Source of the DNA: Gammaproteobacteria bacterium | Lineage (GTDB): Bacteria > Pseudomonadota > Gammaproteobacteria > G965277405 | Assembly (NCBI GenBank): GCA_965277405.1 | Contig: OZ255726.1 | Span: forward strand, 768,001 to 832,000 | DNA length: 64,000 nt | Direction of reading: 5' to 3' | Program-made: the position numbers and the translations under genes | Shown: positions 42,573-53,448 of the stretch, piece after piece | Numbering within the stretch: the first letter of the stretch is position 1 | Layout: each line of letters opens with the position of its first letter | Notes under the pieces: model-generated | The model's input: only the letters and a program-made list of their open reading frames with translations | Told to the model about the DNA's origin: nothing | Databases searched by the model: none

Positions 42573-43871
42573 ATGTGGCAGGAACGACGACGAGCAGAAG
42601 CAGGATATATCCCAAAAACATTTAGCTCTAAGGCGATTGATTGCGGGGCGCAACGCGATCGCGCCAGAATTGTGCATTCAGCCTCGTTTCGCAGACTCCA
42701 AGCAAAAACCCAAGTGTTGGACGTTGGTGAACACGATTTTTATCGTACCAGACTAACACATTCATTAGAAGTGGCGCAGATTGGCTCTGGAGTGTGTGAA
42801 CACCTCCTCGCAAGAAAATGCCAAACAAATGAAGAATACGCTCAGTGGATTCCTTCACTGTGCCAAATAGAAGCAATTTGTCTCTGTCACGATATTGGTC
42901 ATCCGCCATTCGGCCATGGTGGCGAGATTGCACTTAATTATTATATGAAAGACTACGGTGGATTTGAGGGAAATGGACAAACGATACGCATTGCAGCAAA
43001 ACTGGGGGAATATTCGCCAGCGCATGGCCTTGATCTAACCAGACGCAGCATGTTAGGCCTATTAAAATATCCCACCATGCACGCAACAGTTGCCCAGTAT
43101 ACAAACATCTCAAAAAACAATTTAAGTGACGCGAAACCCCCAAAGTGTATTCATGATGATGAACATGAAGTACTGGAATGGATATTACGACCGCTGCACA
43201 TTCAGGAGCGGCAACTATTCAGCACAGTCAACACGCAGAGCAACGGTCATAGTAAGTCGCAATACAAGTCGTTCGACTGCTCTATTATGGAATTAGCCGA
43301 TGATATAGCTTACGGGGTGCATGATTTTGAAGACGCTGTAGCGATGCAATTGGTCACCTACCGGCAATGGACACAAGAAGTCGTGGCACGGTTGAATACC
43401 AATAATTTGCTGTATAAAAACATTGATTTTTTTAACGATGCGTTGTTTTCAGAAAATGACAAGATTCGCAAGCACGCAATCAGTCGTTTAGTTGGTTATT
43501 TTATCACCAATATTGATATTGCAGTTCAACAGCAGTTCACCACACCATTGTTACGCTTGCAAGCGGCGATGGACGCTGATGCGTATGCAACATTATGTTT
43601 GTTGAAAAACTTTATTGTCGCGCATGTCATCAACACACCTGCAGTCCAAGCACAGGAATACAAAGGTCAGCACATGACATTGCGCTTGTTCGAGGTGTTT
43701 GCTGAAAACACAGAATTATTGCCAACATTGATGCTGGAACAATACCGATCAAGCGAGAATGCACCTCGGGTGATTTGTGATTTTATATCAAGTATGACGA
43801 ACTCCAATGCAATTCGTCAATATAAAAAATTGTTCACCCCTGATGTTGGCTCAATTTTCGATAGATTCTAG
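42573..43871 (+). CDS. dgt: Deoxyguanosinetriphosphate triphosphohydrolase family (HD) protein
   Basis: FRRLQAKTQV, RTRLTHSLEV, HDIGHPPFGH, FEGNGQ and ADDIAY motifs. Confidence 0.9.
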   Translation: MWQERRRAEAGYIPKTFSSKAIDCGAQRDRARIVHSASFRRLQAKTQVLDVGEHDFYRTRLTHSLEVAQIGSGVCEHLLARKCQTNEEYAQWIPSLCQIEAICLCHDIGHPPFGHGGEIALNYYMKDYGGFEGNGQTIRIAAKLGEYSPAHGLDLTRRSMLGLLKYPTMHATVAQYTNISKNNLSDAKPPKCIHDDEHEVLEWILRPLHIQERQLFSTVNTQSNGHSKSQYKSFDCSIMELADDIAYGVHDFEDAVAMQLVTYRQWTQEVVARLNTNNLLYKNIDFFNDALFSENDKIRKHAISRLVGYFITNIDIAVQQQFTTPLLRLQAAMDADAYATLCLLKNFIVAHVINTPAVQAQEYKGQHMTLRLFEVFAENTELLPTLMLEQYRSSENAPRVICDFISSMTNSNAIRQYKKLFTPDVGSIFDRF

Positions 43872-43966
43872 CTGCAAAGTGCTGTTCTCACCGCAGCGCA
43901 CAGACGGGAAATCATCGGTTATGGATCAACACGCAGCAGTGGCTCGATCGCGTTACTGGCGGCTTA
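43585..43966 (+). repeat. First copy of a ~380-bp direct repeat (dgt 3' end plus downstream)
   Basis: Near-identical to 45866-46248. Confidence 0.92.
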
Positions 43967-43968
43967 CT

Positions 43969-44272
43969 GGAACCTCTGATTAACTCGCCTGATGGCACGA
44001 TTTTGCCGGCAATTGCTGATGATTGCAAAGAGCAAACCGCGCACATTCCGCTGGCGCATGCCTTAGCATATACGCCAAGGGATGCAACACAGCAAGCGTA
44101 TGCAATTGCCGCAAACCATCATATATTCCCAACAAAAGGACAGAAAAAAAGCGCTACTAACGTAGCTGCAGCACTTGGCAATCCCCACAAGAGTATTATC
44201 TGCGCACTTCGCTTAAGTTTCATCGAGCGTGTTTTCTCCGTCTCGCCCATCGTGGACTTAATCAGAGGTTCC
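43969..44272 (+). mobile_element. MITE copy F
   Basis: Both TIRs; no matching TSD. Confidence 0.88.
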
Positions 44273-44276
44273 CTAA

Positions 44277-44454
44277 CTGGTTCCATGGAATAACAGCCGC
44301 TAATTTCTCAAGAAATATTTCTCTACGGCTTTTGCGTGGCTTATCTGCGTATGCCAACGCTGCAAACGTCATTTGCTGCATATCAATTTTCAAAAACAAT
44401 AGTTAAAACATTCTGACAGATTAGTCGGATTTTTTGGGGGGGGTCAGAGATGCC
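44277..44454 (-). mobile_element. 5' end fragment of IS5-B
   Basis: Encodes MQQMTFAALAYADK..REIFLEKLAAVIPW; ends CAGAGATGCC-TTAA. Confidence 0.78.
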
Positions 44455-44665
44455 TTAAGGTATTGATGCCTTGATTATATTAGCTGTCGACACTCAATCG
44501 GTGATACCTGCAGTTGCAAGCAACAGTTGATGAAGTAATCCCAGTTACTGGTTATGCCAGATTGATTGAAGATATCAAAGTATTTTATTTGACTTTCGAC
44601 AATGAAGAAGGTATAATATTATCTGAGTAAGTTATTATTTAAAAAATATTTACTAGGGGAGTATT

Positions 44666-45697
44666 ATGACGAAAATGATGAAAGCGGCGGTCGTACACAA
44701 GTTCGGTGATCCTTTGCGGATTGAGGACGCACCTATACCAGAGCCAGGCGAAGGTTTTATTCAGGTTAAAATTGAGGCTTGCGGCGTCTGCCATACCGAT
44801 CTTCACGCGGTGGAAGGCGATTGGCCGGTCAGGCCCAGCCCACCCTTCATTCCAGGACACGAAGGGGTCGGCTATGTCTCCGGCATAGGTAAGGGCGTAA
44901 CCCATGTCAAGGAAGGTGACCGGGTCGGCGTGCCGTGGCTTCACTCTGCCTGCGGTCGTTGCGAACACTGCATGGACGGCTGGGAGACCCTTTGTGAGTC
45001 GCAACAGAACACTGGATATTCCGTTAACGGAGGCTTTGCCGAATACGCCATCGCCGACCCAGACTATGTTGGCCATCTGCCGGATAATGTGAGTTTTACC
45101 GAAATAGCGCCGATCGTGTGCGCGGGAGTCACCGTCTACAAGGGGCTGAAGGCAACGGACACCAAGCCCGGCGACTGGGTCGTCATTTCTGGAATCGGCG
45201 GTCTCGGCCACATGGCAGTGCAATATGCAAAGGCCATGGGACTGCATGTCGCTGCGGTTGATATAGACGACAGTAAGCTGACGCTGGCCAAACGGCTCGG
45301 CGCGACCGTCACCGTCAACGCGACCAAGACCGATCCGGTCGAATACCTGCAGCAGAAAATCACCGGTGGCGCCCATGCAGCGCTCGTCACCGCCGTCTCA
45401 CCCAAGGCCTTCGAGCAGGCGCTGGGCACTGTCCGGCGCGGCGGCACGGTGACTCTCAACGGCCTGCCGCCAGGGGATTTCCCCCTACCGATTTTCGACA
45501 TGGTGCTGCGCGGCATCACCGTGCGCGGCTCGATCGTCGGCACACGGCTCGACCTCGCCAATGCGCTAGCCTTTGCGGGTGAAGGACTGGTCAAGGCGAC
45601 AAGATCGACGGTGTCGCTCGACGACATTAACGGTGTCTTCACGCGAATGCGTGAAGGCGACATCGAAGGACGAGTCGTGCTCGATTTCGCCAATTAA
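44666..45697 (+). CDS. adhP: Zinc-dependent alcohol dehydrogenase
   Basis: CHTDLH, GHEGVG, four-Cys Zn lobe, GIGGLG and GSIVGTR motifs. Confidence 0.93.
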   Translation: MTKMMKAAVVHKFGDPLRIEDAPIPEPGEGFIQVKIEACGVCHTDLHAVEGDWPVRPSPPFIPGHEGVGYVSGIGKGVTHVKEGDRVGVPWLHSACGRCEHCMDGWETLCESQQNTGYSVNGGFAEYAIADPDYVGHLPDNVSFTEIAPIVCAGVTVYKGLKATDTKPGDWVVISGIGGLGHMAVQYAKAMGLHVAAVDIDDSKLTLAKRLGATVTVNATKTDPVEYLQQKITGGAHAALVTAVSPKAFEQALGTVRRGGTVTLNGLPPGDFPLPIFDMVLRGITVRGSIVGTRLDLANALAFAGEGLVKATRSTVSLDDINGVFTRMREGDIEGRVVLDFAN

Positions 45698-45781
45698 AGG
45701 ACCGGCTGAAAAAGCATTTCCGCCGAGCGCGCCGAGTGTCGGGTTTGGCGGCGTTCATCCCAGAACGGAAGGCTTGTACCC

Positions 45782-45863
45782 ATGACCGAAACCAACGCCT
45801 GCTGTGAGTGGATTGATTACCATTGTCCGTGCCGATCATCCTGTTCACTGGTCGGGCGGCTGC
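45782..45863 (+). pseudogene. Possible N-terminal relic of a DUF779-like gene
   Basis: GC-rich; TPAV..LI..VRADH / ILF / WSGGC resembles 'LFHQSGGCC'; usual neighbour of adh genes. Confidence 0.4.
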
Positions 45864-45865
45864 AG

Positions 45866-46248
45866 ATGCAACATTATGTTTGTTGAAAAACTTTATTGTG
45901 GCGCATGTCATCAACACACCTGCAGTCCAAGCACAGGAATACAAAGGTCAGCACATGACATTGCGCTTGTTCGAGGTGTTTGCTGAAAACACAGAATTAT
46001 TGCCAACATTGATGCTGGAACAATACCGAGCAAGCGAGAATGCATCTCGGGTGATTTGTGATTTTATATCAAGTATGACGAACTCCAATGCAATTCGTCA
46101 ATATAAAAAATTGTTCACCCCTGATGTTGGCTCAATTTTCGATAGATTCTAGCTGCAAAGTGCTACTCTCACCGCAGCGTACAGGACGGCAAATCATCGG
46201 TTATGATCACCACGCAGCAGTGGCTCAATCGTGTTACTAGGCGGCTTA
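45866..46248 (+). repeat. Second copy of the dgt 3'-end repeat (pseudogene fragment)
   Basis: Encodes ATLCLLKNF...IFDRF* with few substitutions. Confidence 0.92.
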
Positions 46249-46426
46249 TGTATTGTTGTGGGCGGTAATTTATTGCAATAACAATTACTTCAATATAGTT
46301 CATTGCAATCGTAACCGCAATAACCGATAATAATACAACTAAACACATAGTTTAAACTCATAGTTGCATAATAATAACTATGTTTTGTTATTTAAATTAT
46401 AGTCGTCAAAATTAGGGGGAATACGC

Positions 46427-48121
46427 ATGTTACATAATCTTAAGAAGGAACATATCGTCGCCAGTGATGATTACAACCGCTGGAAAGTACCACCAGCATC
46501 TATCGCCATCCATCTGTGTATTGGATCTGTATATGCTTGGTCGATTTTTAATCCAGCGCTTATTAAAGAATTTGGTGTTGTCGCAGCAAGCTCTGGCGAT
46601 TGGGGTTTGCAGTCCGTTGTCTGGATTTTCTCAGTAGCAATTGTATTTCTTGGTCTCGCCGCGGCATTTGGCGGCAAATGGCTTGAAGAAGTAGGTCCAC
46701 GGATGGTTGGTGTTGTAGCCGCATGCTGCTGGGGCGGTGGTTTTATTATTGGTGGAATTGGAATAGCTAGCCATCAATTATGGCTGGTGTATCTTGGCTA
46801 TGGTGTGCTTGGTGGAGCTGGTCTTGGGCTTGGCTATGTGTCCCCAGTATCAACACTGATTCGCTGGTTTCCTGACCGTCGCGGCATGGCCACGGGCATG
46901 GCAATTATGGGGTTTGGTGGTGGCGCTATGATCGCAACACCCATTAAAGAGTCACTACTTGCGCTGTTTTATACGGTACCTAAGTATTTAGGACCTGAAA
47001 GCGCATTAAACCTTGTAACTGAAGGTGGCAAACGCATGGCTGAAGTTGGCGGTCAAATGGTTGAGGTAGTTGTAGCGGGAGCAGCACAAGTTGCCGCAGC
47101 ACCTGCACCAATTGAAGCTGGCGTATATGTTGCTGGGACGGGTAATACAGGTGCCGCAGCAACATTTTTTACCCTTGGTGGTATTTATTTTGTCGTGATG
47201 ATGATTGCCGCTTTTTCGTATCGTGTCCCACGTGATGGCTGGATTCCAGCAGGTTGGACACCACCTACTGCTGATGATGCCAGCAAACGGATGATTACCC
47301 ATAAGAATATTCACATTGACCAAGCCCTTAAAACACCCCAGTTCTACTTATTGTGGATTGTTTTGTGTTTCAATGTAACGGCAGGTATCGGGGTGATTGG
47401 TGTTGCTAAAACGATGATGACTGAGATTTTCGGTAGCACATTACCATTGATCGTTAACTCGGGATTTGCAGCTACATATGTGTTTATGATTTCAGTGTTT
47501 AATATGTGTGGTCGTTTTTTTTGGGCGTCTATTTCTGATTTCATTGGCAGAAAAAACACCTATCACTGTTTTTTCATCTTGGGTATTGTTCTATATTTAT
47601 CTATTCCATATGCGGCAGGACAAGTCAGTGCCAATCCAGTGGTAGCATGGCTCGTTATGTTCTATGCCGCAACAATGATTATCTTCACTATGTATGGCGG
47701 TGGTTTTGCGACTATTCCTGCATATCTGGCAGACATCTTTGGTACGAAATTTGTTGGTGGAATTCATGGACGGCTGTTGACGGCATGGAGCACCGCAGGA
47801 GTGCTTGGTCCGCTGGCGATTACCCAATTAAGACAAACATCAGTTGCTCAATCAATACAAGCATTGGCAGAAAAAATTGACCCAGCACGATTTCAAGTGA
47901 AGTTTGGTGCTGGCCTAGACCAGCTTGATCAGTTGGTTGCGGCTAAAACTGTTACCATCGGCCGTTTGTTGGAGATTGCTCCAGCAGGAACCGTTGACCC
48001 AACACCAAGCCTGTACAATACAACCATGTACGCAATGGCAGGATTACTGGTGATAGCACTAATCGCAAACTTTATGGTGAAATCAGCCCATGAGAAGCAC
48101 TATATGGAAAGCCGTTCATAG
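46427..48121 (+). CDS. OFA-family MFS transporter
   Basis: GSVYAWS, WFPDRRG.ATG.AIMGFGGG and YGGGFATIPAY motifs. Confidence 0.9.
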   Translation: MLHNLKKEHIVASDDYNRWKVPPASIAIHLCIGSVYAWSIFNPALIKEFGVVAASSGDWGLQSVVWIFSVAIVFLGLAAAFGGKWLEEVGPRMVGVVAACCWGGGFIIGGIGIASHQLWLVYLGYGVLGGAGLGLGYVSPVSTLIRWFPDRRGMATGMAIMGFGGGAMIATPIKESLLALFYTVPKYLGPESALNLVTEGGKRMAEVGGQMVEVVVAGAAQVAAAPAPIEAGVYVAGTGNTGAAATFFTLGGIYFVVMMIAAFSYRVPRDGWIPAGWTPPTADDASKRMITHKNIHIDQALKTPQFYLLWIVLCFNVTAGIGVIGVAKTMMTEIFGSTLPLIVNSGFAATYVFMISVFNMCGRFFWASISDFIGRKNTYHCFFILGIVLYLSIPYAAGQVSANPVVAWLVMFYAATMIIFTMYGGGFATIPAYLADIFGTKFVGGIHGRLLTAWSTAGVLGPLAITQLRQTSVAQSIQALAEKIDPARFQVKFGAGLDQLDQLVAAKTVTIGRLLEIAPAGTVDPTPSLYNTTMYAMAGLLVIALIANFMVKSAHEKHYMESRS

Positions 48122-48150
48122 CAAATAAGCTGCGATCAGCACCGGCTAAG

Positions 48151-48322
48151 TGTCAAAACTACACACGTTGTTTACAAAAACCATCAATTCTAGCAGCTGG
48201 TGGTAGTTTCCCTAAAGCGGAATGTGTGCGTCTGAGGTTATAGTGGTTAAGATATTTTGGAAGAACTTTGTTGCGCTCATCACTTGTTTGATATGGCTGC
48301 GAAAATGCCCATTCCTTGCTAA
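48151..48322 (-). mobile_element. IS481-family 3' relic
   Basis: EWAFSQPY....RNKVLPKYLNHYNLRRTHSALGKLPP; TGT terminus at 48151. Confidence 0.7.
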
Positions 48323-48628
48323 GGAATCTTTGATTAACTCGCTGATGCAGCGAGTTTGATGGCAATTGCTGATGATTGCAAGGCGCATTCCGCTAAGCGC
48401 ATGCCATAGCATATACGCCAAGGGATGCAACACAGCAAGCTCAACAATTACCGCAAACCCAAAGTATATTCAAGACAACGAAGGGAAAAACGCTGCGCTG
48501 CGGCGTGGCAGCACTTGGTTAATACCCACCAGACCCACAAGACCCACCAGTGTGATCTGCGCACTGCGCTTAAGTTTCATCAGCGTTTTTTCTCGGTCTC
48601 GCCCATCGTGACATTAATCAGAGCTTTC
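48323..48628 (+). mobile_element. MITE copy G
   Basis: Both termini; flanks CTAA/CTAA. Confidence 0.88.
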
Positions 48629-48677
48629 CTAACACATAATTATAGGACAATTTGCTGAATTTTTAGCGCGCTTATTT

Positions 48678-49133
48678 TTACTCAATGTCTTTTTGCTGAT
48701 GATCTTTGATAGTTTGCAAGACTGTTGCCGCGTGTTCTTTCACTTTAACAGTCCGCCATTCTTTAATCAGTGCTCCATTTGTATCAAATACAAAAGTTGA
48801 CCGATCAACACCAATATATTCACGGCCGTAGTTTTTCTTAACCTTTAAGACATCAAATGCTTTACACATTGTTTCGTCCGTATCCGCAAGCAATGAATAC
48901 GGCAGATTTTCTTTTTCTTTGAATTTAATATGTGACGCAACACTATCGCGAGACACTCCTAGAATATCTGTGTTCAAGCCTTGAAAGGATGTATATAGAT
49001 TACGAAAATCTTGGCTTTCTTGGGTGCAGCCAGGTGTCATATCTTTTGGGTAAAAATAGATGACCAGATAGCGACCAGCAAAATCGGCCAAGTTCACTAG
49101 AACATTTTTTTCTGATAATACTGAAAAATTCAT
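48678..49133 (-). CDS. bcp: Peroxiredoxin Bcp
   Basis: YFYPKDMTPGCTQE and RSTF motifs. Confidence 0.92.
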   Translation of the reverse strand: MNFSVLSEKNVLVNLADFAGRYLVIYFYPKDMTPGCTQESQDFRNLYTSFQGLNTDILGVSRDSVASHIKFKEKENLPYSLLADTDETMCKAFDVLKVKKNYGREYIGVDRSTFVFDTNGALIKEWRTVKVKEHAATVLQTIKDHQQKDIE

Positions 49134-49134
49134 A

Positions 49135-49920
49135 TTATTTACGATGTCCTCCGCGCGGTTTTGGATAATTTAGACTGCGATAACTAAAATCAACAGATGA
49201 TTGATTGTGCGCAGGTGGTTCATCAATGCTGTTGCCTGGGTTTGGGCCTTCGTCAAGTTCATCGTACTGAGCCATTGGTGTGGTCCCATCACTTAGCATA
49301 GGTTGTGGTTGTTCCTTGGTGGCTGCTTTATTTTTTGCAGTATTTTTATTCGTGGTTTTTCGCGGCTTATTGTTAGCACGAGGCTGGCCGCTGCCTTGTT
49401 TATCGGTCTTCTCTTCAGCATCATTGCTTTTACCAGCAGTATCGCTTAGCTCTTTTGCTTCTTTCTTCTTGGATACTGGTTTACTACTTGTTACTAATAC
49501 ATTGTACGCTTGTTCGCCACGTTTTCCTGTCCCAAGTACAAATGAAACTGTATCGTTTTCGCGTGGGCGGACGCTTTCTTTTTCTACTCCATGGGAGTGA
49601 AAGAAAATTTCACGACCCTCATGCATCACAAATCCATAGCGTTTACGCCCATCATACCATTTAATGGTTCCTGCTACGTTGGCGCCAGTAATTTTTGGTT
49701 GAGGAGTAACATCTTTGTTTACTCGTCGCGGATGGATACGTTTATTCCCTCGCAGGGAAAAGAAAACGTATAGTGCAATGAAAACCACAAGTGTATTTAA
49801 AACACCTGCAGCAAAGGGATTTGTCTGTAATGCAGCTATAAATAAACTTGAAACCCCAACAACAACGCCGCTACTGATTGATATTACTATGCTCTGTACG
49901 AGCTTTTTGCCATAAAACAT
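49135..49920 (-). CDS. Membrane-anchored cold-shock-domain protein with a low-complexity tail
   Basis: Two TM helices, then GTIKWY..KRYGFV...EIFFH (RNP1/RNP2). Confidence 0.8.
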   Translation of the reverse strand: MFYGKKLVQSIVISISSGVVVGVSSLFIAALQTNPFAAGVLNTLVVFIALYVFFSLRGNKRIHPRRVNKDVTPQPKITGANVAGTIKWYDGRKRYGFVMHEGREIFFHSHGVEKESVRPRENDTVSFVLGTGKRGEQAYNVLVTSSKPVSKKKEAKELSDTAGKSNDAEEKTDKQGSGQPRANNKPRKTTNKNTAKNKAATKEQPQPMLSDGTTPMAQYDELDEGPNPGNSIDEPPAHNQSSVDFSYRSLNYPKPRGGHRK

Positions 49921-49938
49921 AACTGTCTTTCCTAAAAA

Positions 49939-52134
49939 ATGAATGAATATTTAACGAACCAATCATCAACAGATCTGCTAGCTGGGTTAAACCCTCAACA
50001 AGCTCACGCTGTATCGTATGAATTTGCTGATTTATTAGTATTAGCAGGAGCAGGAAGCGGTAAAACACGGGTGTTAACACACAGGATTGCACACTTACTC
50101 CAAAAATATAATGGTAGTGCTTGGAATGTGCTCGCAGTTACCTTCACCAATAAAGCAGCTAGCGAAATGAGAACTCGAATTGCGCAGCTTCTTGCCCAGC
50201 CAGTAAATCAAATGTGGATTGGAACTTTCCATAGTATAAGCAATAAATTGCTGCGAATACACCATGCGGCAGCAGATTTACCAAAAGATTTTCGCATTAT
50301 TGACCCACAAGACCAATTAGTTATTGTAAAGCGCCTCCTGCGTGAGCGTTGTTTCGATGAAAAAGAATTCGAGCCGCGCAAAGTTCAAGGATATATAAAT
50401 TCTCGCAAGGACGAAGGATTACGCGCAGTAGCAGTTGCCACAAGTGACAACTATTATTTTAAAAACGTTCAATCAATCTATGTTGAGTACGAACGTGTAT
50501 GTCGTAACAACAATATTGTCGATTTCGCAGAGCTGTTGCTGCGCAGTTACGAATTGCTCAATGAAAACCTTGGTTTACAAGAGCAATTTCACCAGCGGTT
50601 TTTAATGGTTTTGGTTGATGAATTTCAAGATACCAACGACATCCAATATCGCTGGGTACAAAAATTTGTTGGCAGCTCATCATGTTTAACCGTTGTTGGT
50701 GACGACGATCAATCTATTTATGGCTGGCGTGGTGCACAGGTGGAAAACCTCAACCGCTTGATTACAGACTATCCAAAAATAGCGACTATTCGTCTTGAGC
50801 AAAACTACCGTTCGACAAATAGAATCCTGAAAGCTGCCAACTCATTGATTCAACGCAACAGTAATCGTCAAGGCAAACAACTCTGGACAGCAAGCGGTGA
50901 GGGCGAGCACATTTCACTGTACGCTGGCTTTAATGATTTTGATGAAGCACGATTCATCGTTGACAGAGTGAAACATCATCGAGCAGCAGGTGATCAACTC
51001 AAGCAATGTTCGATTTTATATCGTGCCAACGCCCAATCTCGCGTCATTGAAGAAACGCTGTTACGCGCTGATATTCCATATCGAATTTTCGGTGGACTGC
51101 GTTTTTACGAACGCGCAGAAATTAAAAATGCAGTCGCCTATCTGCGCTGTATCTCAGCAACAATAGACAGCACAGCACTCGATCGAATTATCAATGTTCC
51201 GCCACGCGGCATCGGGGTGAAAACTCTGCAGGAAATTCGCGATATAATGCGCAATCAAGATATTAGCATGATTGCTGCTATCGAAACATTTATTGCTGAT
51301 GCCAATAAAGGTCAACGCGGTAAAGCAGCATTGCAAGGTTTCTTGGTATTGCTGCAACGGCTAACAACCAAAACAGCAGGCCAGCAACCAGGTCATGTGG
51401 TGGACACAGTCATCAATGAAAGTGGCTTGCTTGAATATTATAAAAACGAAAAGAAAGACGTTGCCGAACAACGCCTTGATAACCTGAATGAGCTGATTGC
51501 AGCTGCAGATAACTTTGTTGGCGACGATCCAGATATCGACTGGCTTACCCAATTCCTTGACCAAGCCGCACTCGAAGCAGGAGACCATCAAGCAAGCGGA
51601 GAAAGCGATGCCATTAATTTGATGACAATGCACTTGTCCAAAGGACTTGAGTTTACCAACGTCTTTATCACTGGTATGGAAGAAGGGCTATTCCCGCATA
51701 GAATGTGCAGCGATGATTTGAGCAAACTCGAAGAAGAACGCCGACTGTGTTATGTCGGCATTACCAGAGCAATGCGTAAACTGTATTTAACGTATGCCGA
51801 GTTACGGCGTTTACACGGCAGCGAAATAACCGCAAGACCTTCACGGTTTATTAAAGAAATTGACCCTGAAATGATCGAAGAAGTGCGCATCCGCACCCAA
51901 GTACGGCGCCCGTATCTAGCGCGATCTCAGCCGCAAACTCCAAGAAAACAGTATAATCTCCCGCCGCGTGCTGATGGATTCGTCCCTGGCGCTAATGTAC
52001 GGCATCCTAAATTTGGCTCTGGGGTAATTGTTCATCGTGAAGGCGACAGCAACGACGCGCGCTTGCAAGTAAACTTTGATGACTGTGGCAGCAAACGCCT
52101 CATCTTAGAATACGCAAATTTACAGCTTGTTTAG
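49939..52134 (+). CDS. uvrD: DNA helicase II
   Basis: AGAGSGKT, DEFQD, LEQNYRS and EEERRLCYV motifs; C-terminal Tudor-like domain. Confidence 0.95.
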   Translation: MNEYLTNQSSTDLLAGLNPQQAHAVSYEFADLLVLAGAGSGKTRVLTHRIAHLLQKYNGSAWNVLAVTFTNKAASEMRTRIAQLLAQPVNQMWIGTFHSISNKLLRIHHAAADLPKDFRIIDPQDQLVIVKRLLRERCFDEKEFEPRKVQGYINSRKDEGLRAVAVATSDNYYFKNVQSIYVEYERVCRNNNIVDFAELLLRSYELLNENLGLQEQFHQRFLMVLVDEFQDTNDIQYRWVQKFVGSSSCLTVVGDDDQSIYGWRGAQVENLNRLITDYPKIATIRLEQNYRSTNRILKAANSLIQRNSNRQGKQLWTASGEGEHISLYAGFNDFDEARFIVDRVKHHRAAGDQLKQCSILYRANAQSRVIEETLLRADIPYRIFGGLRFYERAEIKNAVAYLRCISATIDSTALDRIINVPPRGIGVKTLQEIRDIMRNQDISMIAAIETFIADANKGQRGKAALQGFLVLLQRLTTKTAGQQPGHVVDTVINESGLLEYYKNEKKDVAEQRLDNLNELIAAADNFVGDDPDIDWLTQFLDQAALEAGDHQASGESDAINLMTMHLSKGLEFTNVFITGMEEGLFPHRMCSDDLSKLEEERRLCYVGITRAMRKLYLTYAELRRLHGSEITARPSRFIKEIDPEMIEEVRIRTQVRRPYLARSQPQTPRKQYNLPPRADGFVPGANVRHPKFGSGVIVHREGDSNDARLQVNFDDCGSKRLILEYANLQLV

Positions 52135-52428
52135 GGAAGCTCTGATTAAGTCCATGATGGGCGAGACGGAGAAAAAACGCTGATGATAACTAGACGCAGT
52201 GCGCAGATAATACTGGTGGTCTTGTGGGTGTTGCCAAGTGCTGCAACGACGCAGCGCAGCGTTTTTTCCCGGCCTTCTATTGAATATATGATGGTTTGCC
52301 TACAAGCGGTACTTGCTGTGTTGCATCCCTTGGCGTATATGCTACGGCATGCGCTTAGCGGTTTGCGCCTTGCAATCATCAGCAATTGCAGGCAAACTCG
52401 CTCCATCAGCGACTTAATCAGAGCTTCC
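52135..52428 (-). mobile_element. MITE copy H inserted at the uvrD stop codon
   Basis: TSD TTAG includes the uvrD TAG. Confidence 0.93.
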
Positions 52429-52512
52429 TTAGTTGACAAACCGCATTACATTCGCTGCGATACTATGGGTGGTAGCAACAACAAGACAGGCGCATCAGTA
52501 CCACGGTTACCA

Positions 52513-53448
52513 TCAATTTCGATCGGTTTCGACAATAAAATGCTTGGCGCTGCTCCATGCCGCCGCCATCGTAATAACAATAATTGATGTAAATAATTCA
52601 AATATTTGCAATATAGAAAAACCAGAAATTTTAAAATTGCTATTATACGAAGCATTCAATACATCAACAGGTACTTGCAGCAAGGCGATGACCAGTTCAA
52701 TAAATAGCAAAGAGATAATCGTACTGATAATCGACAGCCAAAATCCTGCATACATATACGGATACACCAGCCATTCATCATCGCCGCCAAGCAGTTGAAT
52801 AATACGAATCTCGTCACGTTGTTGATACACCATCACACCAATAACATTGCCAATCAGGGCAATCAACCCTACTGCAAATAATGCCACCAAGACAATTGAC
52901 AAGCTGTTGATGAGGGCAACAAACTTAATAACACGCGACACCCACACTCGGTCAAACTGAATTCTTTCAATTTGTTTGATTGACTGGAAAGTCCGTATCA
53001 ACTCTTGAGTTTCAGCCTGCCCTGTCTGTTGTGGATAGACAATAAGTAAATGAGGCAGGGGGTTTGTTTTCAGCACTTTTAGTGTTTGTTTTAATTCGCT
53101 AATAGTCAAAAAATCATCAAACGCCTGGCTTGCAAGAATCACTGCAACCTGAGCTACCTTGTCATAAGCCGCAATTTTGTTTTTGAGAGCAATGGCTTCT
53201 TCTTCTTCAACATCTCGGTGTAAATACAGGTTGATACTGATTTCATTATTCCAACGCAAACTTACTTTGCTGATGTTCTCAGCTGTCAAAAACAGGATGG
53301 AAGAAAATGCCACAGCGATACTCACTGTAAGAGTCATCGCAACAGAGCTGATGGGACGTTGGAGTAACGTGGTATTACTGCGAATACAAATACGCAAGTG
53401 ATTACCGACGCGTCTCTTTAACGAATGGAGTAAATTCTGAGTAGTCAT
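52513..53448 (-). CDS. ftsX: Cell division permease FtsX
   Basis: NPLP and RDEIRIIQLLGG motifs; downstream of ftsE. Confidence 0.88.
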   Translation of the reverse strand: MTTQNLLHSLKRRVGNHLRICIRSNTTLLQRPISSVAMTLTVSIAVAFSSILFLTAENISKVSLRWNNEISINLYLHRDVEEEEAIALKNKIAAYDKVAQVAVILASQAFDDFLTISELKQTLKVLKTNPLPHLLIVYPQQTGQAETQELIRTFQSIKQIERIQFDRVWVSRVIKFVALINSLSIVLVALFAVGLIALIGNVIGVMVYQQRDEIRIIQLLGGDDEWLVYPYMYAGFWLSIISTIISLLFIELVIALLQVPVDVLNASYNSNFKISGFSILQIFELFTSIIVITMAAAWSSAKHFIVETDRN

